A DNA stretch of 63,902 nt, filler included, from Octopus bimaculoides (lineage: Eukaryota), in the NCBI RefSeq assembly GCF_001194135.2. It is 7 parts of 7 records of this genome, joined end to end, with 100 filler letters (N's around TTAATTAATTAA, not from the genome) between each part and the next. Parts side by side here need not be neighbours in the genome. Positions count along the whole stretch, not along the records: positions 1 to 15,435 come from NC_069007.1; positions 15,536 to 24,695 come from NC_068996.1; 5 more parts are not named here. The stretch is one strand, 5' to 3'. Shown piece after piece: positions 11,693 to 23,600 of this stretch. The notes beneath the pieces were generated by a model. That model had not been told where the DNA came from and made no database searches. It worked only from the letters and a program-made list of their open reading frames with translations. How positions within the stretch are numbered: position 1 is the first letter of the stretch; the number at the start of each line of letters is the position of its first letter. Both the position numbers and the translations under genes were made by a program.

Positions 11693-12992
11693 TAAAAATT
11701 CGCCATTAAAGGATTATGGTGATACTCTGCATCAACATTTTGAAGTCTTGCTCTTCGTCTGAGTGGGGNNNNNNNNNNNNNNNNNNNNNNNNNNNNNNNN
11801 NNNNNNNNNNNNNNNNNNNNNNNNNNNNNNNNNNNNNNNNNNNNNNNNNNNNNNNNNNNNNNNNNNNNGGGGGGGGGGGGATAGAAGTTCTGTTGCTTTG
11901 ATCTCTAGCTGAAGATTGCGATTACAAGAATTTAGATGGCCGAGGGGAAATAACCGCAACGGAATTGTTGAATAAGTTTACAGCAGTTATTTCCCTTGCA
12001 CCGTTGATGCTATTTAATTGAGAACGGTGATTTTATTGTCCAGTTTATCCACAACTTTCGTGCTTAACGTTAACTAACAATGTAGATTCTACATGGCTGA
12101 CCAATCTGCATGAAACAAGAGTCAAATCTCGCGGAAAATCGTTTAAAAAATTAAAAGAATGGATTGGCAGAGTCGCTAGAACGTCAGAAGAAATATTTTG
12201 CTGTATTTTAGAAGGCAACGGATACTTTCTGAGTTCGACTCTCACTGACGTCAACTTAGCCTTTCATCCTTCCAGGATCGACATCTTCTGCCTGACTAAT
12301 GGTCTCTTATGTACATGAGTTGTCTAAGAGAACATTAGTCAGGGAGAAGATGCACTTGTAGATCTGTCAGTAGAGTGGGTCTATTAACCGGATTCTATAG
12401 TATTAAGTATGCATCATGGCTGGTCTTACCAATCGGTTTTGTACAAAAAATACAATGGAGTGTTAGGTAACAAACCAATTATATAGATATGCTCATTTGA
12501 TGAGTTCCTTATTTTGTCGATCCTGGAAGGATGAAAGGCTACGTTGACGTCAGTGGGAGTCGAACTCAGAAAGTATCCGTTGCTTTCTACAGCAAAATAT
12601 TTCTTCTGACGTTCTAGCGACTCTGCCAATCCATTCTTTTAATTTTTAAAACGATTTTCCGCGAGATTTGACTCTTGTTTCATGCAGATTGGTCAGCCAT
12701 GTAGAATCTACATTGTTAGTTAACGTTAAGCACGAAAGTTTTGGATGAACTGGACATTGAAATCACCGTTCTCAATTAAATAGCATCAACGGTGCAAGGG
12801 AAATAACTGCTGTAAACTTATTCAACAATTCCGTTGCGGTTATTTCCCCTGGGCCATCTAAATTCTTGTAATCGCAATCTTCAGCTAGAGATCAAAGCAA
12901 CAGAACTTCTATCCCCCCCCCCTCAGACGAAGAGCAAGACTTCGAAATGTTGATGCAGAGTATCACCATAATCCTTTAATGGTGAATTTTTA
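11693..12992. repeat. Long inverted repeat; arms 11693-12283 and 12515-12992, spacer ~230 bp
   Basis: The arms are reverse complements over ~480 sequenced bases with scattered mismatches; the left arm contains a ~100-N gap inside a G run. Confidence 0.95.
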
Positions 12993-13469
12993 CCTATAAC
13001 ACTTCTCCTTATTAACGTGAGGCCAACAAAGCCTTCGTTTATCGTAGTCGCTCGACCTGCAACAATAGCAACTGAATCGCCTTTAAATCCAAACATAAAT
13101 GTCTTAAATAAAGAAAGAACACCTCAGAGACAGAAGAACTAAAAAGACAAAATTAATAAAAATCGGGATGGTCACGGTTGGAGTGCTCGCGAAAATTTAT
13201 CCGATCAAAGCTGATCCGGAAACTAAACAACAAAATCATTTACGTGTTCTCGATATCAGAGTGTTTGATATCATCTTTGTTCTATTACTAAAATGAATCG
13301 GTTCCTCCACCCGTTCGTCTGTCCGTCCTTTCATGAATGCGAGCTCACACGCGCACAAACACACAGTCAGGTACAAACGTCCAATAAGTTACAAAAGTGA
13401 CGCAAAGGCTTCTGTAAATTTTCTGCAAAGTTGTGCACCTGAGCACTGTATCCAATAAGTTCATTATAT

Positions 13470-13868
13470 TATGAGGTGGGATCAAGAAGTTCCTGGACTA
13501 GTCCTGTAGCATGCCAACAGATGGCAGCACGTGGTTGTGTTCGCAGTGACGTTCACGAGGCCGTGTACTGAGTGTCATTGCCGTGTTTACTTTGCAAGTT
13601 GTGAAATTTGTGTTTTTGCGATCACACGTATGCTGCAGTCTGTCATTTTGTCATGGACAGGAAGTTGGAACAAGGAGCAAAATTTTGTGTTAAACTTGGG
13701 AAGTCTGCTACAGAGACATTAAGAATGTTTTGGCAAGCTTATAGCAGTGGCGCAATGGGTCATATGCAGTGTTTCAAGTGGCACAGGCACTTCAAAACTA
13801 GAAGGACGTCCCTGGAAGATGATGAGTAATCTGGAAGACCTGCCACAAGCGTCACCCTCAGAAATGTG
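13470..13868 (+). mobile_element. Mariner transposon left end and N-terminal transposase remnant
   Basis: TA then TIR-like TGAGGTGGGATCAAGAAGTTCCTGGACT; from ATG 13653: MDRKLEQGAKFCVKLGKSATETLRMFWQAYSSGAMGHMQCFKWHRHFKTRRTSLEDDE*SGRPATS, the mariner HTH with DDExSGRP motif and a premature stop. Confidence 0.9.
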
Positions 13869-15479
13869 GTATTGTGCATCAAGAATTTGTCCCCCCCCCC
13901 CCAGGGCCAGACTATCACCCATCTCTTCATCTATCTCTCATCTCTGGATCATCTATTCCAATCACACTTTGCTCATCACTCTGCCCACTCCATACCAAAC
14001 AGCTAGATGTGGCTCCTTGGGTAAGGGTCTTCTACAATAGCTTTAGGCCAATCAAAGCCTTGTGAGTGGATTTGGTAGGCGGAAACTGAAAGAAGCCAAT
14101 CACGTGTGTGTGTGTGTCTGTCTGTCTGTGTGAATCCCTAAAACTCAAGAACTACACAACTGATTTCATTCAAATTAAAGACAGATGAAATGCCGCTAAG
14201 CATTTTGCTCAGCATGCTAACGATTCTGTCAGCTCACTGTCTTAATAATAATAATAATAACAATACAAATATAAATAGTAATAAAAATAAAAATAATAGC
14301 CCTAAGTGTTGGGAAGACACTCAGCAAGATATGGAAACAAAATTACAAAAAGAAGATAAAGATAATAATAATAATAATGATAATAATAATAATAATAATG
14401 ATACTAAAAACTCACATATAAAGCATGGGTTTGCACTAAAGTCCACACAACCTTTGGTGCAAAAGTCTTATCTCTGCCTATTGTATCAATCAATATCTCT
14501 ATTCATATTGTCTCCTTGGTTTATTTCTCCGATACAAAGAGAATATCTTTTTTTTTGCTCTAATTATCTGCTTAATTACCTCTAATCAGTTTTATATTAA
14601 CTTATAACATCGATGTTGAAAATCTGGACCTACTTTTTATTCTTTTTTTTTTTTTAAATTCAAGGGAAATCCTTTTGTTACAAAATAAAATTTAACTTTA
14701 AAAACCTAGCCACTGCCCTCAAATGAATCCTGTTGATTCTCATTGAAAACCACGAATAACAAATTAAAATATTTACATTTGACTAAAATTCTTCAAGGTG
14801 GTGCCCCAGTATGGCCCCAGTCTAATGACTGAAACAAGTAAAAGATAAAAGATAGAATAAATACTATTTTATGTATGTGTTTATGCATGTATCTGTATGT
14901 GTATGAAGCAACAGTTCAAATATTGATACAACATTCTGCTATGAAGAAGACATATTTATTGTTTCAAGCAGAACGGTTTATCATGAAGAGATGTAATGTT
15001 TTCAGTGATATTTTCAGGATAAATTTCCTGTCATCACCTCCTCTCCTCAACCGACAAAGTTATTTTGCCTGAAACGTTAAACTTAAAACTTTAAACTTTT
15101 CCTTCTTCATAATTTTTTTTCCATTTTAAACTCAATTTATTAACAAAGAGCATCATTAATTCTCTCATATTCTACTGTTTTACTAATTAACCAATAGCTG
15201 TAAGGTATTTAGATGGTTGAACAACAACCTGACTGAAACTAGGTGAAGGGTCAGTATTTTATAGGACGTCTATTTTCAGAGCATTTACCAACACAATGAG
15301 CAAGAGATCAAAGTTTCAAAATAATTACCAATACAATAAAGCACAGATCAAAAACTAATCAGATAAGATTTTCTATCACCAGCTGAGTTGATTTTATTAT
15401 TTCTTTCATTTGATTTTGGAAGTATTTTGCTGGGGNNNNNNNNNNNNNNNNNNNNNNNNNNNNNNNNNNNNNNNNNNNN

Positions 15480-15491
15480 TTAATTAATTAA
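15480..15491. other. Assembly spacer TTAATTAATTAA in N run
   Basis: Palindromic six-frame-stop 12-mer with 44 N before it; the same construct occurs six times. Confidence 0.95.
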
Positions 15492-15802
15492 NNNNNNNNN
15501 NNNNNNNNNNNNNNNNNNNNNNNNNNNNNNNNNNNATATATCCATGTTTGGATCAATACTGCAGTAATTAGAGAGATAAATACATGTTAGAAGGAAATAG
15601 CAAAGCCAGAAATAAAGATACTTATCATGATTTGAACACGAGCCAAATCGTATTTAATATATACCAGTGGGATACAAAGAAAATGCTCTTCTTGTAAAAT
15701 ACATGCTTAGAAAAATGTGCAGAAAATAGCGTAGAGATATTTTGGAATGAACTATTTTAAGGCCGAACCCAGAAGCAATAAATTTGATATTAATAGGCGC
15801 AA

Positions 15803-16200
15803 TCTTGGCTGTGTGGTAAAAAGTTTGCTTCCTAACTACATGTTTCCGGGTTCAATCCCACTGCACCTTAGGCAGGCGTCTTCTACTATAACCTCGACCG
15901 GACTGAAGCTTTGTGTGTGGATTTGTAAGAAGGAAACTGAAAGAAGCCCATTTTATTTCCGTGCTTGTGTGCGTCTGTGTGTGTTTGTGACTTTGTGTTT
16001 TTTCTCTCACCACCGCTTGATAACCGGTGTTGCTGTGCTTACGTCCCCGCAGTTTAACCGTTCGGCAAAAGAGGCTGAAGTAATAAGTACCAGGCTTTAA
16101 AAAATAGGTCCTGGGGTTCATTCATCCGACTAAAATTATTCAAGGCTGTGCTCCAGCATGACCGTAGTCTAATGCTTGAAACAAGAAAAAAATAAAATCG
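15803..16200 (+). mobile_element. SINE family B, near full length
   Basis: Head GGCTGTGTGGTAAAAAGTTTGCTTCC...GGGTTCAATCCC, body GGAAACTGAAAGAAGCCC, tail GTGCTCCAGCATGACC...GAAACAAG. Confidence 0.85.
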
Positions 16201-16369
16201 GAAACTATTCTGATAGTTTATATAAATTAAAAACAGAACACACGCTAATACACGCACCACATATTCACAAACACAAACATATATACAAACACACACATAT
16301 ATGATCATAGATGTACATACGTATATGCGTCTGTGTTCGCGCTGCGCGCGCGTATCTGTGTGTGTGAGG

Positions 16370-16520
16370 GTGCGTGGCCTAGTTGTCAGGGGTGTTGTAA
16401 TCACGATCGCAAGATCGCAGTTTCCTTTCCTTAGCCGGTAATGTGTTATGTTCCTCAACAAACACATCATTTCATGTTGATCCAGTTTATTCTACTCAAA
16501 ATGTGTAACCCTTCAAAAGA
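16370..16520 (+). mobile_element. SINE family D/E head, decayed
   Basis: GTGCGTGGCCTAGTTGTCAGGG...TCACGATCGCAAGATCGCAGTTTCC followed by core-like TGTTCCTCAACAAACACATCATTTCATGTTG. Confidence 0.6.
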
Positions 16521-16662
16521 CTAGCGTTTTGTCCGGGGCAAGTGTTGGCCTTTTCACTAAATCAGAATGGAGGACATCATTCGGAAGGTACAAGAACGAG
16601 AAGCACGTTTTGACCACCGTGTAGTAACAATATCTGGTTTTCTGGTCGATACAGTTTTATAT

Positions 16663-16723
<61 letters not shown>

Positions 16724-16780
16724 TAATAATAATAGGGATAAAAATCCAAATTTACAGGTAAAAACTCAATTAAATTCAAT

Positions 16781-17048
16781 ATATAATTTAGAGAAAGAAC
16801 CAAATTTCATGAACTCATCCATGAAAATCCACAGTCACATATAGAGAAAATTAATAAGTAAATACACTATAAAGAAGTATAATAAAATACGAAGTAAAAA
16901 TCATAAAATAATAATAATAATTATAATTATTATTTTACGTTTTTACTTTGTATTTTATAGTTCTTTATAGTGTATTTACTTATTAATTTTCTCTATATGT
17001 GACTGTGGATTTTCATGGATGAGTTCATGAACTTTGGTTCTTTTTTCT

Positions 17049-17057
<9 letters not shown>
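16781..17057. repeat. Near-perfect palindrome, ~135-bp arms, short AT-rich loop at ~16920
   Basis: ATATAATTTAGAGAAAGAACCAAATTTCATGAACTCATCCATGAAAATCCACAGTCACATATAGAG... is mirrored by ...CTCTATATGTGACTGTGGATTTTCATGGATGAGTTCATGAACTTTGGTTC. Confidence 0.93.
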
Positions 17058-17088
<31 letters not shown>

Positions 17089-17344
17089 CATGGCTCCGAA
17101 TTTGGCTGAAACCAGTAAAGAATAAAAGAATATATATGCGTTACAAGAGGTGAGTAGAGGAAGAGAGGCAACCGTCTAATACTAAACCCACGGGAATCAG
17201 CTATGAATTTAAGAGCGAATAGCATGTAAATTCGGGAGTATAGCCTAAATGATAACGCTTGTAGATCAATAGGTAGAGAAAAGGATGAGATAAGGATGAA
17301 GTTCGGAATCCTCCTCCCGGCAGTTGAGATAAAGTTAATATTAA

Positions 17345-17760
17345 AAATCTTTGTAGTTGTTGGGAAAAGAATAATGCCCTCTTAACGGATAGTGTTTGAG
17401 AAAAAATGTCGTGTACAGTTATAGGGTTACGTAAGGTATGATTTCACACTGTTATATAGGGGCATACGCTACTAGCTTTAAGGCAAGCCTAGGTGATCAC
17501 TTAACGTCTTTCAAATATAGAGAAAACATGCATGGTACAAGCTTAACTGAAATTATTTTGTTCCTAAAAGATAAAAACACTAATTTTGATATAAAATGGG
17601 AAATAGCTGGCGGAGCAGAACCTTACAAAATTGGGAGTGAATTATGCAATCTATGCCTCGAAGAAATATTCCATATTTTCATAAACAAGAGGTAACTCCT
17701 AAATGCGCACACCGCCACAGAAAAACGTCCAAGTGTTTCCTGAGAAAAGATTTTTAATTA
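17345..17760 (+). mobile_element. Penelope-like element GIY-YIG endonuclease remnant
   Basis: CSCWEKN-CPLNG*CLRKNVVYSYRVT then YIGAYATSFKASLGDHLTSFKY...TSLTEIILFLKDK...IKWEI...CNLCLEE, the PLE CxC..CPL / VY..YIG / CxLC pattern, with stops and frameshifts. Confidence 0.8.
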
Positions 17761-18039
17761 AATATCACTTATGTCGGCGATACTAGCAGTAAACATGGAC
17801 AATATTAATGTATTAAGTAGTTTGCTTTTATTTTCTATTAGCAAAGTATACCCCTCCCCTTTAGTTATCCTTGGTTATTTCTTTATCTTCAGTCTTAGAC
17901 TTTTAAGTTTCTACCATTTTTTACATATTTTCTAAGCGATTCATATATCGATTTGCTCTCGACTTCAACCAATTATTATCCTTCGTATGTAGACACTTTA
18001 TCTACATATAGATATATGGTTGATTTATATAGTTCAAAT

Positions 18040-18480
18040 TCCTGATATCACTGTAGGTGGAAGTAATCTACCATATTATGAGCAATACCCCCGGCCTTAC
18101 AAGCAAATTCTGTGTATCTTATGTTTTTAAATTCTATTTTACTTAGTGGTCCTTAATGGATACATCTCTCGCAGAAATTATTCATATCGATTTTTGATTA
18201 AGGCTAAAGAATGAAATATAATCTGAATACCTGGCATCCATGATTTTATATATAAACCTTAAGTTCATCTTCAAATCGATCTGGTAACGGATTTTAAAGC
18301 CATGCCAGATTTCTCCATACTACCTCTCATATTCTTTGCAATCAACACTAATCGTTCCCTGCCAAAAATATAACACTATCAATACCATTGCACTTCAGTT
18401 CGTTTCAAACTTTCTTTATGAGAACACCTTCAATAAAGCTGTATGGATACGTTTTTTTAACCAGGATGAAATCTTGATGC
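18040..18480 (-). pseudogene. Possible decayed SGNH/GDSL esterase-like coding remnant, probably TE ORF1-derived
   Basis: One minus frame gives SFIEGVLIKKV*NELKCNGIDSVIFLAGND (block III-like) and, ~95 codons later, NMVDYFHL (DxxH block V-like); many stops. Confidence 0.3.
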
Positions 18481-19149
18481 AGCTGAACCAGCAGGATGGA
18501 ATTAAACTCTATATAGTAAGACATGCACACAGCAGAAACGTGTGTCGGACAGGTGTAAAGAGAATATACTGAATAAATCACTGTAACAATAAAACTGTCT
18601 AGATGTCTAACTCTCCTTATTTATTTTGTCTCATATATGTATGTATATATATAAATATATACATATGTATGTGTGTGTATGTATGTATGAATGGATGGAT
18701 GTGTGGATGGGTGTTTGCATGTATGCATGTAATGTAAGTCATTATCTACCAACTTGAAACCATTTAAAATGCGATATTGTGATATTCTAAAATAATTTCC
18801 CAAGAAGGTAGACCACATGTTATTTCGGTGCGATGGCGCGATGTGTGTTTCGCCTCACTTTGGGGAGTTTTGTAGATCAGGCATCATACTTCTTATCAAC
18901 AAATATTCCTATTTTCTTGAGCCACAAAACGTTCGCTTGACATTTTTCTAAAGAAAATATTTCATGCTTTTAGTGGCCAAAATATTAATTGGGATAATTT
19001 ATCGAATGCATTTGCTGTACACGTTGTATATGTATATATGTTATATATGTTTGTATATATACATATGTAAATGCTTATATGGATATATGTGTATATATGT
19101 ATATACGTGTGTGTGTGTGTGTGTGTACATATATATATGAGTGGGCATC

Positions 19150-19350
19150 TGTGTGGAGACGCGTTGGCTTAGTGGTTAGGGCGTTATACGCATAATCATA
19201 AGATGCGTTGTGTTTTGAGCAAAACACTTCTTTCACGTCGCTGTAGTCCACTCACGTGGCACAAAAATGGGTAATCCGGCAACAGATCGACGTCCCGTCC
19301 AGGTGTGGGATATATACGCCACAGGTCGAGGACACTGGGCTTAAGAGGCT
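19150..19350 (+). mobile_element. SINE family D, decayed
   Basis: GGAGACGCGTTGGCTTAGTGGTTAGGGCG...GCGTTGTGTTTTGAGCAAAACACTTCTTTCACGT...CCACTCAC. Confidence 0.7.
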
Positions 19351-19416
19351 ATAGCTCGTGATAGCTCTTTCATCTTGTCTTTCACTTACATATATGTGTG
19401 TGTGTTTATATATATA

Positions 19417-19545
19417 TATACACCAAATAAGAACATGGAGAGGATACGAAAACGACACACATCTGCCAGTAGACATACTAGAATGTCTCCCGGCTGATGA
19501 TGTATGTCGTTTTTGTATCCTCTCTATTTTCTTATTTGGCGTATA
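19417..19545. repeat. Short foldback hairpin (~47-bp outer arms plus inner AGACAT/ATGTCT stem)
   Basis: TATACACCAAATAAGAACATGGAGAGGATACGAAAACGACACACATC versus the reverse complement of GATGTATGTCGTTTTTGTATCCTCTCTATTTTCTTATTTGGCGTATA. Confidence 0.8.
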
Positions 19546-20540
19546 AACCACTTTTTCCCCCACCCATATATAACACTCAATTGCGAGATTTACACGCAAT
19601 AACTAGCACTTGGGTATGAAAAACTGGGTACACTACCAGCAGTATATTGGATAGGTACTATCTCTTGGTTGGTTTCCCAACGTCTAACTCACACACAAAT
19701 ATATATATATATATATAAATATATAAATATATATAAATATATATATATNNNNNNNNNNNNNNNNNNNNNNNNNNNNNNNNNNNNNNNNNNNNNNNNNNNN
19801 NNNNNNNNNNNNNNNNNNNNNNNNNNNNNNNNNNNNNNNNNNNNNNNNNNNNNNNNNNNNNNNNNNNNNNNNNNNNNNNNNNNNNNNNNNNNNNNNNNNN
19901 NNNNNNNNNNNNNNNNNNNNNNNNNNNNNNNNNNNNNNNNNNNNNNNNNNNNNNNNNNNNNNNNNNNNNNNNNNNNNNNNNNNNNNNNNNNNNNNNNNNN
20001 NNNNNNNNNNNNNNNNNNNNNNNNNNNNNNNNNNNNNNNNNNNNNNNNNNNNNNNNNNNNNNNNNNNNNNNNNNNNNNNNNNNNNNNNNNNNNNNNNNNN
20101 NNNNNNNNNNNNNNNNNNNNNNNNNNNNNNNNNNNNNNNNNNNNNNNNNNNNNNNNNNNNNNNNNNNNNNNNNNNNNNNNNNNNNNNNNNNNNNNNNNNN
20201 NNNNNNNNNNNNNNNNNNNNNNNNNNNNNNNNNNNNNNNNNNNNNNNNNNNNNNNNNNNNNNNNNNNNNNNNNNNNNNNNNNNNNNNNNNNNNNNNNNNN
20301 NNGTATAAGGGAAAGAGGGTAAGACATCGTTGGATGAAAGGAAAGAAGATATGAAGAAAAGAAGCGAAAATGAGAGAAAAGTTGCGAATTAAGAGAGGGG
20401 AGTCACGGAAAGATTGAAAAAATATGAATTGCAATACAAATCGCAGTTAACGTTTTTGATTGAAAATAAAATAACAAAATAAATGAAGAGACAAAAAAAT
20501 TACGATTTCAAGGAAAAAGCGTCATTCTTTTCTTCTCCAG

Positions 20541-20660
20541 ACGCACGACCCTAAATTTTGGGGGGAGGGGGCCAGTCGATTAGATCGACCCCAGTACGCA
20601 ACTGGTATTTAATTTATCGACTCCGAAAGGATGAACAGCAAAGTCGACCTCGACGGAATT
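20541..20660 (-). mobile_element. SINE family A, 5'-truncated
   Basis: Reverse complement of AATTCCGTCGAGGTCGACTTTGCTGTTCATCCTTTCGGAGTCGATAAATTAAATACCAGTTGCGTACTGGGGTCGATC. Confidence 0.85.
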
Positions 20661-20819
20661 AGTGAAGAAACGTCACTGAGAACTTACAAGATTTGGTAAA
20701 CTTAGTCCCCGTCACGTGACTTTTTGCTTTTATTGTCCATTGTGTTTACAATATGAAAGGATGGACGTTTGTGTACATATAAGTATATGCATGTAGTGTG
20801 TGTATACGAGTATACATAT

Positions 20820-21036
20820 ATTCTTTTATTCTTTTACTTGTTTCAGTCATATGACGGCGCCCATGTTGGAGCACCGCCTTTTAGTCCAACAAATCGACCC
20901 CAGAACTTATTCTTTGTAAGTCTAGTACTTATTTTTTTTCTATCGCTCCGTTTTGCCGAAACGTGATGTTACGGGAACCTAAACACACGAATATCGGTTG
21001 TCAAGCGATGTTGAAGGGACAAACACATACACACAA

Positions 21037-21094
<58 letters not shown>

Positions 21095-21248
21095 GACGGG
21101 CATCTTTCAGTTTCCGTCTTCAAAATCCACTCACAAGGCTTTGGTCGGCCCGAGGCTATAGTAGATGACACTTGCTCTATGTGCCACGAACGCAGTAGGA
21201 CTGAACCAGGAACCATGTGGTTGGGAAGGAAGCTTCATACCACACAGC
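20820..21248 (-). mobile_element. SINE family B, near full length, with internal (CA)n(TA)n
   Basis: TTTTACTTGTTTCAGTCA...GGTTGTCAAGCGATGTT...GACGGGCATCTTTCAGTTTCCGTC...GAAGCTTCATACCACACAGC. Confidence 0.9.
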
Positions 21249-21420
21249 NNNNNNNNNNNNNNNNNNNNNNNNNNNNNNNNNNNNNNNNNNNNNNNNNNNN
21301 NNNNNNNNNNNNNNNNNNNNNNNNNNNNNNNNNNNNNNNNNNNNNNNNNNNNNNNNNNNNNNNNNNNNNNNNNNNNNNNNNNNNNNNNNNNNNNNNNNNN
21401 NNNNNNNNNNNNNNNNNNNN

Positions 21421-21474
<54 letters not shown>

Positions 21475-21592
21475 GTATGTGTATGTGTGTGTACTGTGCT
21501 ATTCTGTTATTGGTGGGCTTACAAGAAACTGCTAGAACTCCATCCAGCAAGTGATAAATATTATTCAATATGTAAAGAGTATTTGCTAAAAG

Positions 21593-21790
21593 TGGTGAGC
21601 TGGCGGAAAACGTTACCACTTCAGACAAAGACGCTTCGAAGCTTTACTTTCTGAGTTCAAATTACACTGCTTTAGGCATTACCTTTCACTTTTCTCATAG
21701 TTGTTAAAATAAGTACCAGTTGTTCACTGAGGTCAATGTAATCATCTTACTGTTACCCCTAAAATTACTTTGCACCAAAATTTGAAACCA
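21593..21790 (+). mobile_element. SINE family A, decayed
   Basis: GTGGTGAGCTGGCGGAAAACGTTACCAC...TTCTGAGTTCAAATT...AATAAGTACCAGTT. Confidence 0.7.
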
Positions 21791-23067
21791 ACGTACACAA
21801 GATTTAAAACTGACTTACTGTAAATTTCATATATGTATATATACATTTACACATATGTGTATCACTGGAGTATACAGGATAAGACCAGAAATATAAGACA
21901 GAGAGAAGAAGAAAAGGTAGTCATTGAAGGGGTCAGAATGTTTGACGCAAATAAACATGAATAATTGTAATAAGACTGAAGTGAAGATCAAATAAATAGT
22001 GCGTGTTTATTGGCCAAATGAAACTCCCCAAATATAAGAGTATATATATATGCTCTTATAGTATATATATATATACTCTTATAGTATATATATATATATA
22101 TATATATATAAGATCTTGTATGTTTCATTTTTCCGTTTAATATCATCTGTCATGTACCAGAAGTTAACGCTCACCAGGTCTACATTCTATAAGATTGCGT
22201 TGCAACTCAAAATACATCAGAATTTAATGAGGAAATTTGCTTAAAACAACCACGTATATGTACATAAACACGCATATATACATATATATATATATACAGA
22301 TATATATACGTACATATATTTACATTAATGTATGCACACATACATGTATAAGTATATACACACGCACACACACACATATATGAATAACTAGCCACAGGTA
22401 ATGAAGTTATCGGATTTTAGAATTTATTTTTGAACCGGTATTAAAAGGATTTTGAATCTTCCTAACGAAACAAAATGAAAGGAAATACTGCTTAAATAAT
22501 TTCAGGCATGTTTTCCTTCCCCCCCCCCCCTCAGTTTCTGATTTTAGGAAATCAAGTAGACTCTATATTTGTTAGTAAATAAACTAAGAAACGAGATCCA
22601 TATTGCGTTTTAAGTTTTTCTTCTTATCAACACCATCATCATCATCATCATCATCAGTATCGTCATCACCATCATCATCATCATCATCCCCATCGTCATT
22701 ATCATCACCATCATCATAATCATCATCAGCATCATCTTCATCATCATCATCATTACCGCCATTACATTCATTTTACTTTTATATTTTGCCAACACTTCTG
22801 TACTCTAGCAAAAGAATTCCTTTATCATATATGTCTGTGCGCGTGTGTGTGTGTGGAGGTGAGTGGTTTAGTGGCTTAGGCCTTGCACCCATGATTCTAA
22901 GATTGCTGTTTCAATTCCTGGGCCAAGTGATGCTTCTTTTCACGTTGGCCCAGACTGCTCAGCTGACAAAAATTAGTAACCTTGTCGCGGAACGTCCTCC
23001 CATCTAGTAGGAAATACATACGCCTTTATTCCGGGAAGCCCGGCTAAAAAGTTTCTTTCATCTTTCC

Positions 23068-23098
<31 letters not shown>

Positions 23099-23131
23099 AT
23101 CAAAATAAGCAACAAGGATATCCAAAGTTAA

Positions 23132-23219
23132 TGCAGTACGATCGTTTCATGCGACTCCATTTATTTAAGCAATGTGAACATTACATCAAATGTAAAATGC
23201 AGAGCAATCCTCAGCTGCA
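23132..23219 (-). ncRNA. Type-I hammerhead ribozyme motif with long stem II insert
   Basis: Minus strand UGCAG-CUGAGGA-[~59 nt]-GAAA-CGAUCG-UA-CUGCA: 5-bp stem I, intact core, palindromic stem III (ACGAUCGU), GUA cleavage triplet; stem II pairing only partial. Confidence 0.65.
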
Positions 23220-23395
23220 CAAAGATATAGAAATTTACTGAAATTACATTTCAACACAAGGACATATTTTTATAATTAAATCTAAACTCTTCAAGTAGAA
23301 AGGAAGAATACAAAAAGACCATTTTGACTTAGCCAGACCATACAGGCTAGTATATATATATATATATATNNNNNNNNNNNNNNNNNNNNNNNNNN

Positions 23396-23600
23396 CTCCG
23401 AGGTACAAATCCAGACGAAGTTGTTTATGGAAGACCAGCAGTCACCCCTGCATACCAGCCTCCCCTCTCCATGCCACCAATGTTAACCAAGAGAGAGGCA
23501 AAGGGGCCGATACAGCTTGGCACCAGTGACGTCGCAACTCATTTCTACAGCTGAGTGAACTGGAGCAATGTGAAAATAAAGTGTCTTGCTCAAGACCACA
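23396..23600 (-). mobile_element. SINE family E body
   Basis: GGAAGACCAGCAGTCACCCCTGCATACCAGCCTCCCC...GATACAGCTTGGCACCAGTGACGTCGCAACTCATTTC...AAAGTGTCTTGCTCAAG, shared with 46003 and 56590. Confidence 0.85.
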
